DNA of 64,000 bases. Source: Bdellovibrionota bacterium. GTDB lineage: Bacteria; Bdellovibrionota_C; UBA2361; CAKMMH01. The notes under the pieces are model-generated. The model worked only from the letters and a program-made list of their open reading frames with translations. It had not been told where the DNA came from and ran no database searches. Shown in pieces: positions 27,654 to 38,303 of the stretch. Positions within the stretch are counted from its first letter, which is position 1; the number at the start of each line of letters is the position of its first letter. The stretch covers positions 31,772-95,771 of the forward strand of contig JAXFOK010000059.1 of the NCBI GenBank assembly GCA_034180415.1, written 5' to 3'. Both the position numbers and the translations under genes were made by a program.

Positions 27654-28472
27654 TTAAAACTCAGAAATTAACGGATCAGTTCCATTATTAAATTCTCTAT
27701 AATCTGATATTCCATCATTATCTGTATCTTTAGTATAAGGATTAGTTCCAAGTACTCTTTCAAGTTCATCACTAAGCCCATCATTATTAGAATCTATAGC
27801 AACAGCGTTATTTAAAGCGTTATTAATTTCCTCTGGACTTACCCTATCATAAAGTCTTGTTCTTTGGATATATGGAAATGAAGTTGACGAATTAACATCT
27901 GTATCTAATTCTAATTCAAGTACATCTGAGTATCCATCACCATCACTATCTTGAAACATTGAATCATCATTCATATCTTCATCATCAGAATCGTTGTCAA
28001 TATCATCATTGCCATACAATGTATTAAAATCATTATCTGAATCATTATCGTTAAATGCATTACCAAGCCAGTTATAATTTTCTTCTTCTTGAGATAAATC
28101 CTCTAAATCTTCGAGTAAATTATTCATATTTAAACGAGCTTTAACATTCTGACTACTTCCTTGCACGATATCATCATCATCTTCTTCTTCATCAAATGAA
28201 TCAGCACCATATAAATCATCTGTGAACTCATCAGTAATAATAGGCGTTCTAGTTGGGGTTCTCGTTGTATCCCCCTCATTTTCACCTCCTTCTTCACCTT
28301 CTTCTTCATCTCCTTCTTCATATCCTTCTTCATCTCCTTCTTCAGTCGCTGTCGCAGTTGGAGTGCTAGTAGGTTGCTCTTCAAATAAAATATAATCTTC
28401 TCTACAACCTTTTGTTGCGCTAAGAGACATATAACAAAACATCAAAAGAACGATACTTAAAATTTTTTTCAT
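27654..28472 (-). CDS. Secreted, highly acidic protein with thrombospondin-type-3-like Ca-binding repeats
   Basis: It has a signal peptide (ILSIVLLMFCYMSLSA) and D/E-rich tracts. The repeats are DSDGDGYSDVLE, SNNDGLSDELE and DTDNDGISDYRE. ATG at 28472; the track start is TTG. Confidence 0.65.
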   Translation of the reverse strand: MKKILSIVLLMFCYMSLSATKGCREDYILFEEQPTSTPTATATEEGDEEGYEEGDEEEGEEGGENEGDTTRTPTRTPIITDEFTDDLYGADSFDEEEDDDDIVQGSSQNVKARLNMNNLLEDLEDLSQEEENYNWLGNAFNDNDSDNDFNTLYGNDDIDNDSDDEDMNDDSMFQDSDGDGYSDVLELELDTDVNSSTSFPYIQRTRLYDRVSPEEINNALNNAVAIDSNNDGLSDELERVLGTNPYTKDTDNDGISDYREFNNGTDPLISEF

Positions 28473-28655
28473 AGAAAAACCTTTCAAAATAAAGTTATTA
28501 AATCCATATTAGAAAAATATTACTACTATACTAACTATATATTTGATAAAAAAAACTGAATAAAGGATTTAAAAAAATTACTTTTTACTGTAAATTTTTG
28601 TAAGATTTATGTAAATTATTGGAAACAAAAGAAGATTTTTATTATCTAAATTTAC

Positions 28656-28889
28656 ATGACAAACGAAAATTATAATAATAAGAAAAAAGAATGGGAAATT
28701 AGAGCAAGCAAGAAACAAGCAATTGTTCCTAATTATTTTGAAGTGTATCCTAATAAAGTTGAAATAATTTGCGGCAACTGCAATCATGCTTACAGTAGAA
28801 GTCTTATTATTAATCTTGATGAACCAACGTTTGTTTGTCCAAATTGTGGTGCAAAGAATTGGATTCCATTAAAATATGATTTAAAATAA
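28656..28889 (+). CDS. Small zinc-ribbon protein
   Basis: It has the CxxC pairs CGNC ... CPNC. Confidence 0.5.
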   Translation: MTNENYNNKKKEWEIRASKKQAIVPNYFEVYPNKVEIICGNCNHAYSRSLIINLDEPTFVCPNCGAKNWIPLKYDLK

Positions 28890-28990
28890 CAAGCTAATAA
28901 CAATCTTTTTGTTTTTTACGTTATTATTTAAAACATATAGTATATTTATAGCAATAAATTATATTAAAAAGGTAATATTAATATTAAAAA

Positions 28991-29572
28991 ATGAGCTTCA
29001 TAGATGGATTTTACACATTTAACATAGATTTGGTGAATGTTGAAAATAACATTTATGATAAGTTATTTTTAAAAATCCCCAAGCACCCTAATGAATCATT
29101 TGAAGAACTTATAAGTAAAGTGCTAGCTTATTGCCATTCATATAAAAAAGAGCTTACATTCTCAGACGGATACTTTTCCCCGTCAGACCCAACTATTTGG
29201 CAAAAAGATGTCATAGGAAATATTTTATCTTGGATACAAGTTGGAGCCCCTTCTTATAAAAAAATTCATAAAGCAATTCAGCAAAACTCAGAATCAACAT
29301 TTAAAATTTATTTTTATGACGAAAAAGAACCTAATGAATTTTGTTATGATTTTCGTTCTGTGAAAACACAAGATTTTAACAAAATTAAATTTTTTTTAAT
29401 TGATAATGAATTTGTAGAGAAACTAACAGAAAACATATCAACTAGAATGAATTGGAATATTAGCTTTATTGACGATATGTTATACCTTCATTGGGATAAA
29501 CTAGAATTTGAAAGCAAAATTGTTGAGTTAAATATTTGGGATATTTACCAAGAAACAATTGCAAATTTGTAA
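28991..29572 (+). CDS. YaeQ-family protein
   Basis: The length and pattern match YaeQ: FYTFNIDL...IPKHPNESFEELISKVLAY...WIQVGAPSYKKIHKA. Confidence 0.65.
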   Translation: MSFIDGFYTFNIDLVNVENNIYDKLFLKIPKHPNESFEELISKVLAYCHSYKKELTFSDGYFSPSDPTIWQKDVIGNILSWIQVGAPSYKKIHKAIQQNSESTFKIYFYDEKEPNEFCYDFRSVKTQDFNKIKFFLIDNEFVEKLTENISTRMNWNISFIDDMLYLHWDKLEFESKIVELNIWDIYQETIANL

Positions 29573-29584
29573 TATCAATTTTTC

Positions 29585-30283
29585 TTAATGATTAAAAAAT
29601 TTAACTTTAAAAATTGAAAAGAACATATTTAAAGGATCTCTAACTCCTTTAACCTTAGAGCCTTTAATATTATTCCAAACTACAGGCACTTCTTTTATTG
29701 AAAATCCATTTTTCTTAGCTTTATGCAAAATCTCAATATCAAAAGCAAAACCATCAAGAGATTGATTCGCAAAAACAATATCTGCTGCTTTTTTACTAAA
29801 CAATTTAAAGCCACATTGCATATCAGTTAAATCTAATCCTAGTATTTTGTTGACTAAAAAAATAAATATTCTTCCTCTAAATTTACAAAAAGCACTAGTC
29901 TTAATTATTGAATCCTTCATCGTACGAGAAGCTATTACGACATCATTTCCATTTTTAAGTTCTGGAAGCATTTTTAATATTTCTTTAAAAGGAGTAGCGC
30001 CATCTGCATCAGCAAACATCTTATAATCACCAATTGCCTCTAACATACCTGTTTTTACAGCAAACCCCTTCCCTTTATTCTCTGAATTATTAATTAATTT
30101 AATGTTTTTAAAATCTGTAAAAAAATCCTTTATAACATTTACAGTATTATCCTTACTTCCATCATTAACGATAATAACTTCAGAATCGATGTCATTTTCA
30201 TTAAGAAAAGTTTTAAGATCAAGAAGCATCGCGGGCAACCTCTCTGCTTCATTATATGCTGGTATAACAATTGATAGCTTCAT
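29585..30283 (-). CDS. Family-2 glycosyltransferase (polyprenyl-phosphate sugar synthase-like)
   Basis: Motifs LSIVIPAYNE, IIVNDGSKD and FADADG are present. Confidence 0.85.
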   Translation of the reverse strand: MKLSIVIPAYNEAERLPAMLLDLKTFLNENDIDSEVIIVNDGSKDNTVNVIKDFFTDFKNIKLINNSENKGKGFAVKTGMLEAIGDYKMFADADGATPFKEILKMLPELKNGNDVVIASRTMKDSIIKTSAFCKFRGRIFIFLVNKILGLDLTDMQCGFKLFSKKAADIVFANQSLDGFAFDIEILHKAKKNGFSIKEVPVVWNNIKGSKVKGVRDPLNMFFSIFKVKFFNH

Positions 30284-30472
30284 AATTAATCTGTATACTA
30301 ACTAACGTTTTAGTAATTTTAACATTTTTTTTAATATTTAAACACATAAAATTTATATTTTTCGATTAATTGTATAAAAGGACTCTTGTATGTACAAAAA
30401 AATATGTTTTTATGCATTAAGAACCATTATAAACATAAAAATTAGTAACTTTTGATATAAGGAGACAACAAT

Positions 30473-31282
30473 ATGGAGGAACCAAAAACATACCAAACTA
30501 AACTTGTTAGTGACAAATTTAGTGCATTTTCAATTTTAAGCGATGCTTGGGACGTAACAAAAGTCAAAAAGGTTAAATCAAGAATAATTTTATCATTAAT
30601 AAAATACGAAATTTTATCATATTTAGCAGTAATTTTTTTTATATTTATAAGTTTCATGGTAACTTTAACGATTTATCCAAATCTTGTAGAAGTGCCAGAG
30701 AATGGACCTGATCCACTTATGTCCCCTAATAGATATATATTATCATGTTTGCCATCACTTTTAGGAGTAATTATATCCCCATTAATTTGGCAAAGATCAC
30801 TAAATTTAATTAGATATGGTGAAATTAATTATAAAAGATTATTTATAAATTTAAAAAATCCACTAATTTATATAACATCATGCGTTGGAATATATATCCT
30901 AGGATTAGTATTACCTATTATCTTAACATTTACATCAGGATTTTTAATCGAAAAAATATTCTCACCAAGCATAGATAATGATATGCTATACGGCCTATGT
31001 TTTTTAGTTTCTATTCCTATCACTGTGATCATATCATTCTTAACAATGTTTACAAATATCATAGTATTAGAAAAGACTTGCAAAAAATTTAAAGATATTT
31101 TTACTAGTATGCTTATTTCAGCATCTCATGTTAGAAAACACTTTCTAACGTACCTTGGGTTAACAATTATAACATTTATATTAGCATTTTTATCAGTATT
31201 AACAATTGGAATTGGATTTTTATGGACATTACCACTTATAATGAATATGTTTGCTGTAGCATATGAAAAAGAAAATTTTTAA
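30473..31282 (+). CDS. Polytopic membrane protein, unknown function
   Basis: It has 5-6 hydrophobic helices. GGAGA RBS precedes the ATG at 30473. Confidence 0.55.
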   Translation: MEEPKTYQTKLVSDKFSAFSILSDAWDVTKVKKVKSRIILSLIKYEILSYLAVIFFIFISFMVTLTIYPNLVEVPENGPDPLMSPNRYILSCLPSLLGVIISPLIWQRSLNLIRYGEINYKRLFINLKNPLIYITSCVGIYILGLVLPIILTFTSGFLIEKIFSPSIDNDMLYGLCFLVSIPITVIISFLTMFTNIIVLEKTCKKFKDIFTSMLISASHVRKHFLTYLGLTIITFILAFLSVLTIGIGFLWTLPLIMNMFAVAYEKENF

Positions 31283-31325
31283 TATTTAAAATTTATTCTA
31301 CAATAATATTTCTAAATTAACCTTT

Positions 31326-31352
31326 AAAGGCGCTTTTTAAGCGCCTTTTTCC
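31326..31352 (+). terminator. Rho-independent terminator
   Basis: The hairpin is AAAGGCGC-tttttaa-GCGCCTTT followed by T-rich sequence. Confidence 0.7.
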
Positions 31353-31412
31353 TTTTATATTTTTGATATTTCTAGACTTTTTTTAAGTCTTAGAGTAAAC
31401 TTTTTAAACAAT

Positions 31413-32429
31413 ATGGAGCTTATAAAACCTATTAACAAAACTATTTTAGATAAGATAAATAAAAATGAAGGAGTCACATTTTTAACTATTCAAGAAAGTA
31501 GTTATCAAAAAGAATTTATTACTAATGAGATATTATCAAAATTTCCAAATAAAGAAGTTATTAAAGTAAGAAGCGATGAGTTAAATTTAAAAAAAATTGA
31601 GTCACTATCTGTAAATCTTTATGAAATATCGATTCTTTGCCCAATTAAAATCTTTATCTTAGAAGATATAAATGAAATAAAAACTGAAATTCAAAAAAAA
31701 CTTTTAGAACTCCTATCTGTAATTCCTGAATATGTTATTGTTATCTTAACAGCAAAAACTATTAATAAAACAAATCCTATATATAAACAATATGCTAAAA
31801 ACAACCTTATTATTGATAACACTGTTACACAAATCGATATAGAAAAATGGATAACGACAGAGCTAAAAAGAATTAATTTAAAAGATTACCCCGCAAACCT
31901 TCCATCATTAATTATTCAATCCGGTGAAAATAATATTGATGCTATAAGTGAAATTTTAAATTACTTAGAAATTTATATAAAAGAAGATAAGATTACACTT
32001 CAAGAATATGAAAAATTATTTCCATCAAAAAATACAATTTCTGATTTTAAAATTCTCGATTCTATATATTCAGCAAACTATTTAGAATATATGACTTTTT
32101 TAAAACAAATATTAAAAAACAAAAATGAGTTTTTAATAATTTCAATTTTTATAAGAACTTTTGCTGAATTATTAGAAATTAAATCTTACGTTACAAATAA
32201 ACTTTCACCATATGAAATTGCGACTAAGTGTAACATGAAGGATTGGTTGGTGAAAAAAAACATCAGTGTTGTTTCTAATTACACGACAATTGAACTCCAA
32301 AATAAATTAAATTTTATACTAAAAGCGGAAGCTAAATTAAAAGATAAAAATTTAGGAGTACAAAGCGTCTTTGAAGATTTATTTTTTAAACTTGCGCCTA
32401 TAAGATTACTAAAAGGAAAAGTAATATGA
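31413..32429 (+). CDS. holA: DNA polymerase III delta subunit (probable)
   Basis: The size (~338 aa) and the layout IFILEDINEI...VIVILTA...IFIRTFAELLEIK are typical of HolA. It overlaps tmk by 4 nt in an operon with holB. Confidence 0.55.
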   Translation: MELIKPINKTILDKINKNEGVTFLTIQESSYQKEFITNEILSKFPNKEVIKVRSDELNLKKIESLSVNLYEISILCPIKIFILEDINEIKTEIQKKLLELLSVIPEYVIVILTAKTINKTNPIYKQYAKNNLIIDNTVTQIDIEKWITTELKRINLKDYPANLPSLIIQSGENNIDAISEILNYLEIYIKEDKITLQEYEKLFPSKNTISDFKILDSIYSANYLEYMTFLKQILKNKNEFLIISIFIRTFAELLEIKSYVTNKLSPYEIATKCNMKDWLVKKNISVVSNYTTIELQNKLNFILKAEAKLKDKNLGVQSVFEDLFFKLAPIRLLKGKVI

Positions 32430-33088
32430 TTCTAGATAAAAATAATATACCAAATAAATTAAACAAATTTATTGTTATTGAAGGAATCAATGGCTGTGGA
32501 AAAACAACTCTTATTGCTAATATAAAAGATTATCTAGAAAACAATAATAAGGATGTTATTTGCTCAAAAGAACCTGGAGGCACCCCTATTGGAGATAGCT
32601 TAAGAAACATTGTTCTTTCTTCTTCAAAAGAAATGACACCAGAAGCACAATTTTTTATCATGTCTGCAAGTCGTGCAGAATATGTTTTTAAAAAAGTTAG
32701 ACCAACAATTAATAATGGTTCATTTTTTATATCTGATAGATATTACTACTCTTCCCTTGCATTTCAATCTTACGCAGGTGGACTTAACTTTGATTTCGTA
32801 TACAATGTATCAAAAGAAGTAATTAAGGAATGTATTCCTGATATAACCTTTATCCTCGATTTAGATTTAGAAACTGCAAGTAAAAGATTAAACTTAAGAA
32901 ATGAAAATTCAAATGAAAAAGATAGTTTTGAAAGCGAAAAAATGGAATACCATCAAAAAGTAAGAAATGGTTTCCTTGATTTAGTAAAAAAACTACCTGA
33001 AAGATTTGTTATACTCGATGCAACAAAAAACAAAGAACAAGTTTTTAATGAAGCTATAAGCATACTAAAAGATATATATAAATTATGA
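32426..33088 (+). CDS. tmk: Thymidylate kinase
   Basis: It has the P-loop IEGINGCGKTT, plus EPGGTPIG and SDRYYYSSLAFQ. Confidence 0.9.
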   Translation: MILDKNNIPNKLNKFIVIEGINGCGKTTLIANIKDYLENNNKDVICSKEPGGTPIGDSLRNIVLSSSKEMTPEAQFFIMSASRAEYVFKKVRPTINNGSFFISDRYYYSSLAFQSYAGGLNFDFVYNVSKEVIKECIPDITFILDLDLETASKRLNLRNENSNEKDSFESEKMEYHQKVRNGFLDLVKKLPERFVILDATKNKEQVFNEAISILKDIYKL

Positions 33089-34062
33089 AAATTATAGGAC
33101 ACGAAAAACAATTAAATTTATTAAAAGAGCTTGCCATTTCTAAAGCTGTTCCACATGCTATGTTATTTAACGGTGATGAAGGAATCGGAAAAAAACTTGT
33201 AGCGTTAAAATTTGCAAAAACATTTTATTGTGAAAAAAATTCAAATGAACAAATATCATATTTTGGCGGATGTGATGAATGTAAATCTTGTAAACTTTTT
33301 GATAATTTCTCAATTTCTGATTTTTACTTCATTGAATGTTCTGATAAGGAACAAATAAAGACTGAAAATATTAGAGAATTGCTGTATAATTTGAATTTAA
33401 AAAATTTTTCCGCCAAGAATAAATTTGTTATTTTTAATGACGCGCATTTATTAAAAGAACAAAGTGCAAATATATTGCTAAAAACTCTTGAAGAGCCAAA
33501 AGATAACACTTATTTTATTTTAGTTACGTCAAATTATTCAAAATTACCCATTACAATAATTTCGAGATGTCAACTTTGGTTTTTTGATTCATTAAAAGAA
33601 TATGAAATAATTGAAATTCTAAATAATAAAAATATTAATCTTAATTCAAAAGATGATGTAAAACTTTTAGAAGGAAGCCTTACAAAACTTGATATGATAT
33701 TAAATAATGACAACGTTCAAGACGAATTTCAAAATAACATTAGCGACATTTTAAATGGTAATGTAGATGCATTAAATTCATTTGTTTCGAAATTGGTTAA
33801 AAATAAGGATAATCTTAAATATAACATTGGTGTATTAAGAAATATAATAAGAAGCCGAATGCTAGAAGAAAATAATCCAGAAATTAAAAATATCTTTGCT
33901 ATAACATTAGAAAATTTAATTTATTCAGAATATTTAATATTTGAAAGATATTTAAATTCACAAGATGTCCTTAACAATATTTTTTCAAATTTACTATTAA
34001 AAAAGTTTGTTAATGTCCTAGATACAAGCAAATTACTAAATCAACTATCCTTAACATATTGA
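33085..34062 (+). CDS. holB: DNA polymerase III delta-prime subunit
   Basis: It has HAMLFNGDEGIGK, the zinc module CDECKSC, FNDAHLL, LKTLEEP and SRCQ. Confidence 0.8.
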   Translation: MKIIGHEKQLNLLKELAISKAVPHAMLFNGDEGIGKKLVALKFAKTFYCEKNSNEQISYFGGCDECKSCKLFDNFSISDFYFIECSDKEQIKTENIRELLYNLNLKNFSAKNKFVIFNDAHLLKEQSANILLKTLEEPKDNTYFILVTSNYSKLPITIISRCQLWFFDSLKEYEIIEILNNKNINLNSKDDVKLLEGSLTKLDMILNNDNVQDEFQNNISDILNGNVDALNSFVSKLVKNKDNLKYNIGVLRNIIRSRMLEENNPEIKNIFAITLENLIYSEYLIFERYLNSQDVLNNIFSNLLLKKFVNVLDTSKLLNQLSLTY

Positions 34063-34182
34063 TTTATAGGAAAATTCAACTCTACCTATAATATTTTAAA
34101 TTGTTTTATCTTTTTACTTATAAAATTAATTGAAAATTCCGACTATGTACTCAAGGAATATGTGATTATTTATTAAAATAGT

Positions 34183-35613
34183 ATGACGATAGATAAGATT
34201 GTAATAAAAGAATTATCTAATAAAGCCGAGATTATAAATATTTTTAATTGTAATTCCGGAGATATTTCTGTAATTAAGGGGACTGATGTTTCTATTAATT
34301 CCCTTGAAAGAGCTCTATCTCAAACTTACGAAAAAAATGATTTAAAAATTTCTATTAATGATTCAGAAACTTACAATTCAAATGAACATACTTTAATTGG
34401 ATTTAATGATTTATTAAAAGATTCAACTAAGTCGGTAGGTGAAGTTTTCAAAAATAATGGATTTGATAATAGTGACATCGATGTAATTTTAAATACATAT
34501 GGATTACACAATATAAGAAACTTAAAAATTTATGAATTAGATGATGATAAAAAGAAAAGATTAGAATATGCTATTGGATTTCAAAATGATAACAAGGCAT
34601 TAATAATTAAAAATCCTTTTAAGGATATTATTAGTCAATGGAAAGAACCAATTGCTAAATATATAAGCACATACGCAAGCAAAAAAAACCTACCTGTAAT
34701 TATAATTGAATTAGATTACGAACCATCATTTTGGAAAAACAATGATAGTAATATTAAAAACTACAAGTTAGGTATTGCAAGAACAAAAACTATAGGATTT
34801 GGGACTAACAACCAAGATTTGAATGATTTTCTAAAACAAATTAGAAATGAAATTAATAATCAAGACTCAAGCACTACAAATGAAAAACTTAAGGCAACAC
34901 AAGATCCAATCAAAATAAACAATATTCCCATTAGTAACGCGATGCCTGAAATCTTAAAAGACATAATCGAAACAAATGATAATGACCCCATTAAAGAGAA
35001 TAACGTAACCAATCAATTCAACAAAAAGGATCTTCATAAAATCCATGTAATATTATTTGGAATTGGAATTTTGTTTTTAGTGTTATCACTTGTAATTGTT
35101 GCAATGCTATTTAAAGTAAAAAGTGATACTAATCTTGAGGAAATTAAAAAGCGTAACGAAATTATTAAAAGAGATATGGCAGCGCTTAGAAGAACTAAAA
35201 AAATTGTTAATACAGATAGTCCATACATATTAGATAATTATCCAGAATGGGTTAAACATGAAATCGAGCTTCAACTTAAACAAAAAGAAATATTAAAATC
35301 TAAGAGTTTAATGCCATTAATTAGAAATAAGAATCAGCAAATGCCAAAGAAAGCTGATAATAACTTATTTAAATTATTAGAAGAGGTTAGCGGATCTGGA
35401 AAAGATTTACCTGATAACGTCAGAAGTTATCAAGGAAATTCAGATGGTTATAATTATGGCGGCGGAAATTCTGGTAGTAGTGGTTACAATAATAACCCAA
35501 GCCAAGGCTCTTCTAATCTTAATCAAGTAAGTGATGCCGAAACTAAAAGACAGCTTTTATACCAAAGATTCCAAGAAGCTATTAAACGAAGCAGAGAAAA
35601 TAGTAAAAAATAA
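34183..35613 (+). CDS. Hypothetical bitopic membrane protein with degenerate ABC-ATPase-like N-terminal domain
   Basis: The N-terminal ~190 aa is laid out like an ABC NBD, but the Walker A is lost (VIKGTDVSINSLERAL). The signature/Walker B region is degenerate (LDDDKKKRLEYAIGF...ALIIKNPF). A central TM helix (ILFGIGILFLVLSLVIVAMLF) and a G/S/N-rich tail follow. Confidence 0.45.
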   Translation: MTIDKIVIKELSNKAEIINIFNCNSGDISVIKGTDVSINSLERALSQTYEKNDLKISINDSETYNSNEHTLIGFNDLLKDSTKSVGEVFKNNGFDNSDIDVILNTYGLHNIRNLKIYELDDDKKKRLEYAIGFQNDNKALIIKNPFKDIISQWKEPIAKYISTYASKKNLPVIIIELDYEPSFWKNNDSNIKNYKLGIARTKTIGFGTNNQDLNDFLKQIRNEINNQDSSTTNEKLKATQDPIKINNIPISNAMPEILKDIIETNDNDPIKENNVTNQFNKKDLHKIHVILFGIGILFLVLSLVIVAMLFKVKSDTNLEEIKKRNEIIKRDMAALRRTKKIVNTDSPYILDNYPEWVKHEIELQLKQKEILKSKSLMPLIRNKNQQMPKKADNNLFKLLEEVSGSGKDLPDNVRSYQGNSDGYNYGGGNSGSSGYNNNPSQGSSNLNQVSDAETKRQLLYQRFQEAIKRSRENSKK

Positions 35614-35831
35614 TTTAAAAATAAGGAAATATCATATTAACCTATCCTTTTATTATTTTTTAAATATGCTACTATTTTCTTAAGAAAAGATATCTTTTCA
35701 TTCTTTTTTTAAACAAATTCGTTATATTTTTAATAAATCTTAAATAAATAATGGTTTTAATTGCAATTTTTTAGTTATAAATAAAGAATTATTAAATTTA
35801 CATTTAAAAATCTTTGAGAATTGTTTATTAA

Positions 35832-36893
<1,062 letters not shown>

Positions 36894-36949
36894 TAATTAG
36901 GGTTACATATTATCATTAAGATTATCATTAAGACTAATATAAAATTAAG

Positions 36950-37768
36950 ATGAAACTTACATATTCTAAAAGAATACAAATATCATTATGTTCACTTATA
37001 TTATTTTTATCTTCAATAATACTTTTGCATCATACTTCAAAAGATAAAACCCTAATTGAATACTCTTATAATGTTCTATACGAAGTTTTGTATCCTTTTC
37101 AAAATATAAGTAATAACATTGTCAATTTTTTTAACAACACAATAGATAAATATATTTATCTAGTAAATTTAAAGGAAGAAAACAAAAGTCTAAAATTTAA
37201 AATTGCAAGATTAGAAAAAAGAAATCTAAAATTACATGAAGAAAAATATGAAAATAGAAAATTAAAAAGACTTTTAAAAATAAAACGAAAAGTTAATTAT
37301 ACTCAAATAGGCGCTGAAATAATTGGGTATAATCCTTCTAAATGGGGCCAATCAATAATCATCAATAGAGGGAAAATTGATAATATAAAGGTCGGTGACC
37401 CTGTTATCAGTCATGAAGGAGTTGTGGGACAAGTGATAAATGTAAGTCCAAATACTTCTAAAGTGCTTATTTTAATAGATAGGACAAGCGCAATTGATGT
37501 ATTTTTACAACAAAGTAGAGCAAGAGGAGTTATTATAGGAGGCGGAAATGAACTTTGCCAACTTAAGTACATTCTAAAAAATAATGATACAAAAATTGGT
37601 GATAAAGTTTTAACAAGTGGACTCGATGGAATTTTTCCAAAAGGCCTTCTTGTGGGACATGTTGCTGATCTTTCCCCTATTCCAAGTGGACTATTTGATA
37701 CAATAAAAGTTATGCCAATAGTTGATTTTACTAAATTAGAATTTGTAACTGTTTTAAAATTAAAATAA
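36950..37768 (+). CDS. mreC: Rod shape-determining protein MreC
   Basis: It has an N-terminal TM helix, a coiled coil (ENKSLKFKIARLEKRN) and a beta-rich C-terminus (GVVGQVINVSPNTSKVLILID...TSGLDGIFPKGL). It sits after mreB. Confidence 0.85.
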   Translation: MKLTYSKRIQISLCSLILFLSSIILLHHTSKDKTLIEYSYNVLYEVLYPFQNISNNIVNFFNNTIDKYIYLVNLKEENKSLKFKIARLEKRNLKLHEEKYENRKLKRLLKIKRKVNYTQIGAEIIGYNPSKWGQSIIINRGKIDNIKVGDPVISHEGVVGQVINVSPNTSKVLILIDRTSAIDVFLQQSRARGVIIGGGNELCQLKYILKNNDTKIGDKVLTSGLDGIFPKGLLVGHVADLSPIPSGLFDTIKVMPIVDFTKLEFVTVLKLK

Positions 37769-37786
37769 TTAAACTTATTGTGATTT

Positions 37787-38275
37787 ATGAATATAATTAA
37801 GAAATTTTTACTTATCATAATATTAGCTTTAGTAATATTATTCTTACAAGGAGGAATACTAAAACCACTCCTTCCTAATATTCTTATGCCTAATTTATTT
37901 TTAATTATTGTTATATATTTAAGTTTTTACGAAACTAATGTTTTAGGATTAATATTTAGTTTCGTACTTGGACTCCTATACGATATTTCCACAAGTACTT
38001 TACTTGGTCCTTATGCTGCATCATTTGTTACGATATATACACTTTTTGCGATTTTTTCAGGAAGAATTTTTATAGATACCACAATTTCTTTAATTATAAT
38101 TACCGCAATATCATCAATTATTTGCGACATAATATATATGATATTAATTTTTACTTTTTTGCCTGACAAAAATAACATAAGTTTTGAGATACTTTTGGGA
38201 AGCATTTCGACCGCGATAATAAGTCCAATTATGATATATATACTAAAAAAATATTACCCTATAAAAAATAGATAG
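37787..38275 (+). CDS. mreD: Rod shape-determining protein MreD
   Basis: It is a small 5-TM protein located between mreC and mrdA. Confidence 0.75.
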   Translation: MNIIKKFLLIIILALVILFLQGGILKPLLPNILMPNLFLIIVIYLSFYETNVLGLIFSFVLGLLYDISTSTLLGPYAASFVTIYTLFAIFSGRIFIDTTISLIIITAISSIICDIIYMILIFTFLPDKNNISFEILLGSISTAIISPIMIYILKKYYPIKNR

Positions 38276-38303
38276 CTTTATAAAAGGAGATATTGAAAAA
38301 ATT

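Noticed and set aside
28130-28384. The 84-aa same-strand ORF (K/E/M-rich) inside the acidic repeat protein gene.
   Set aside because: It is an alternate-frame reading of a GAA/GAT-rich low-complexity tract. It has no RBS. The enclosing ORF has a signal peptide and recognisable Ca-binding repeats.
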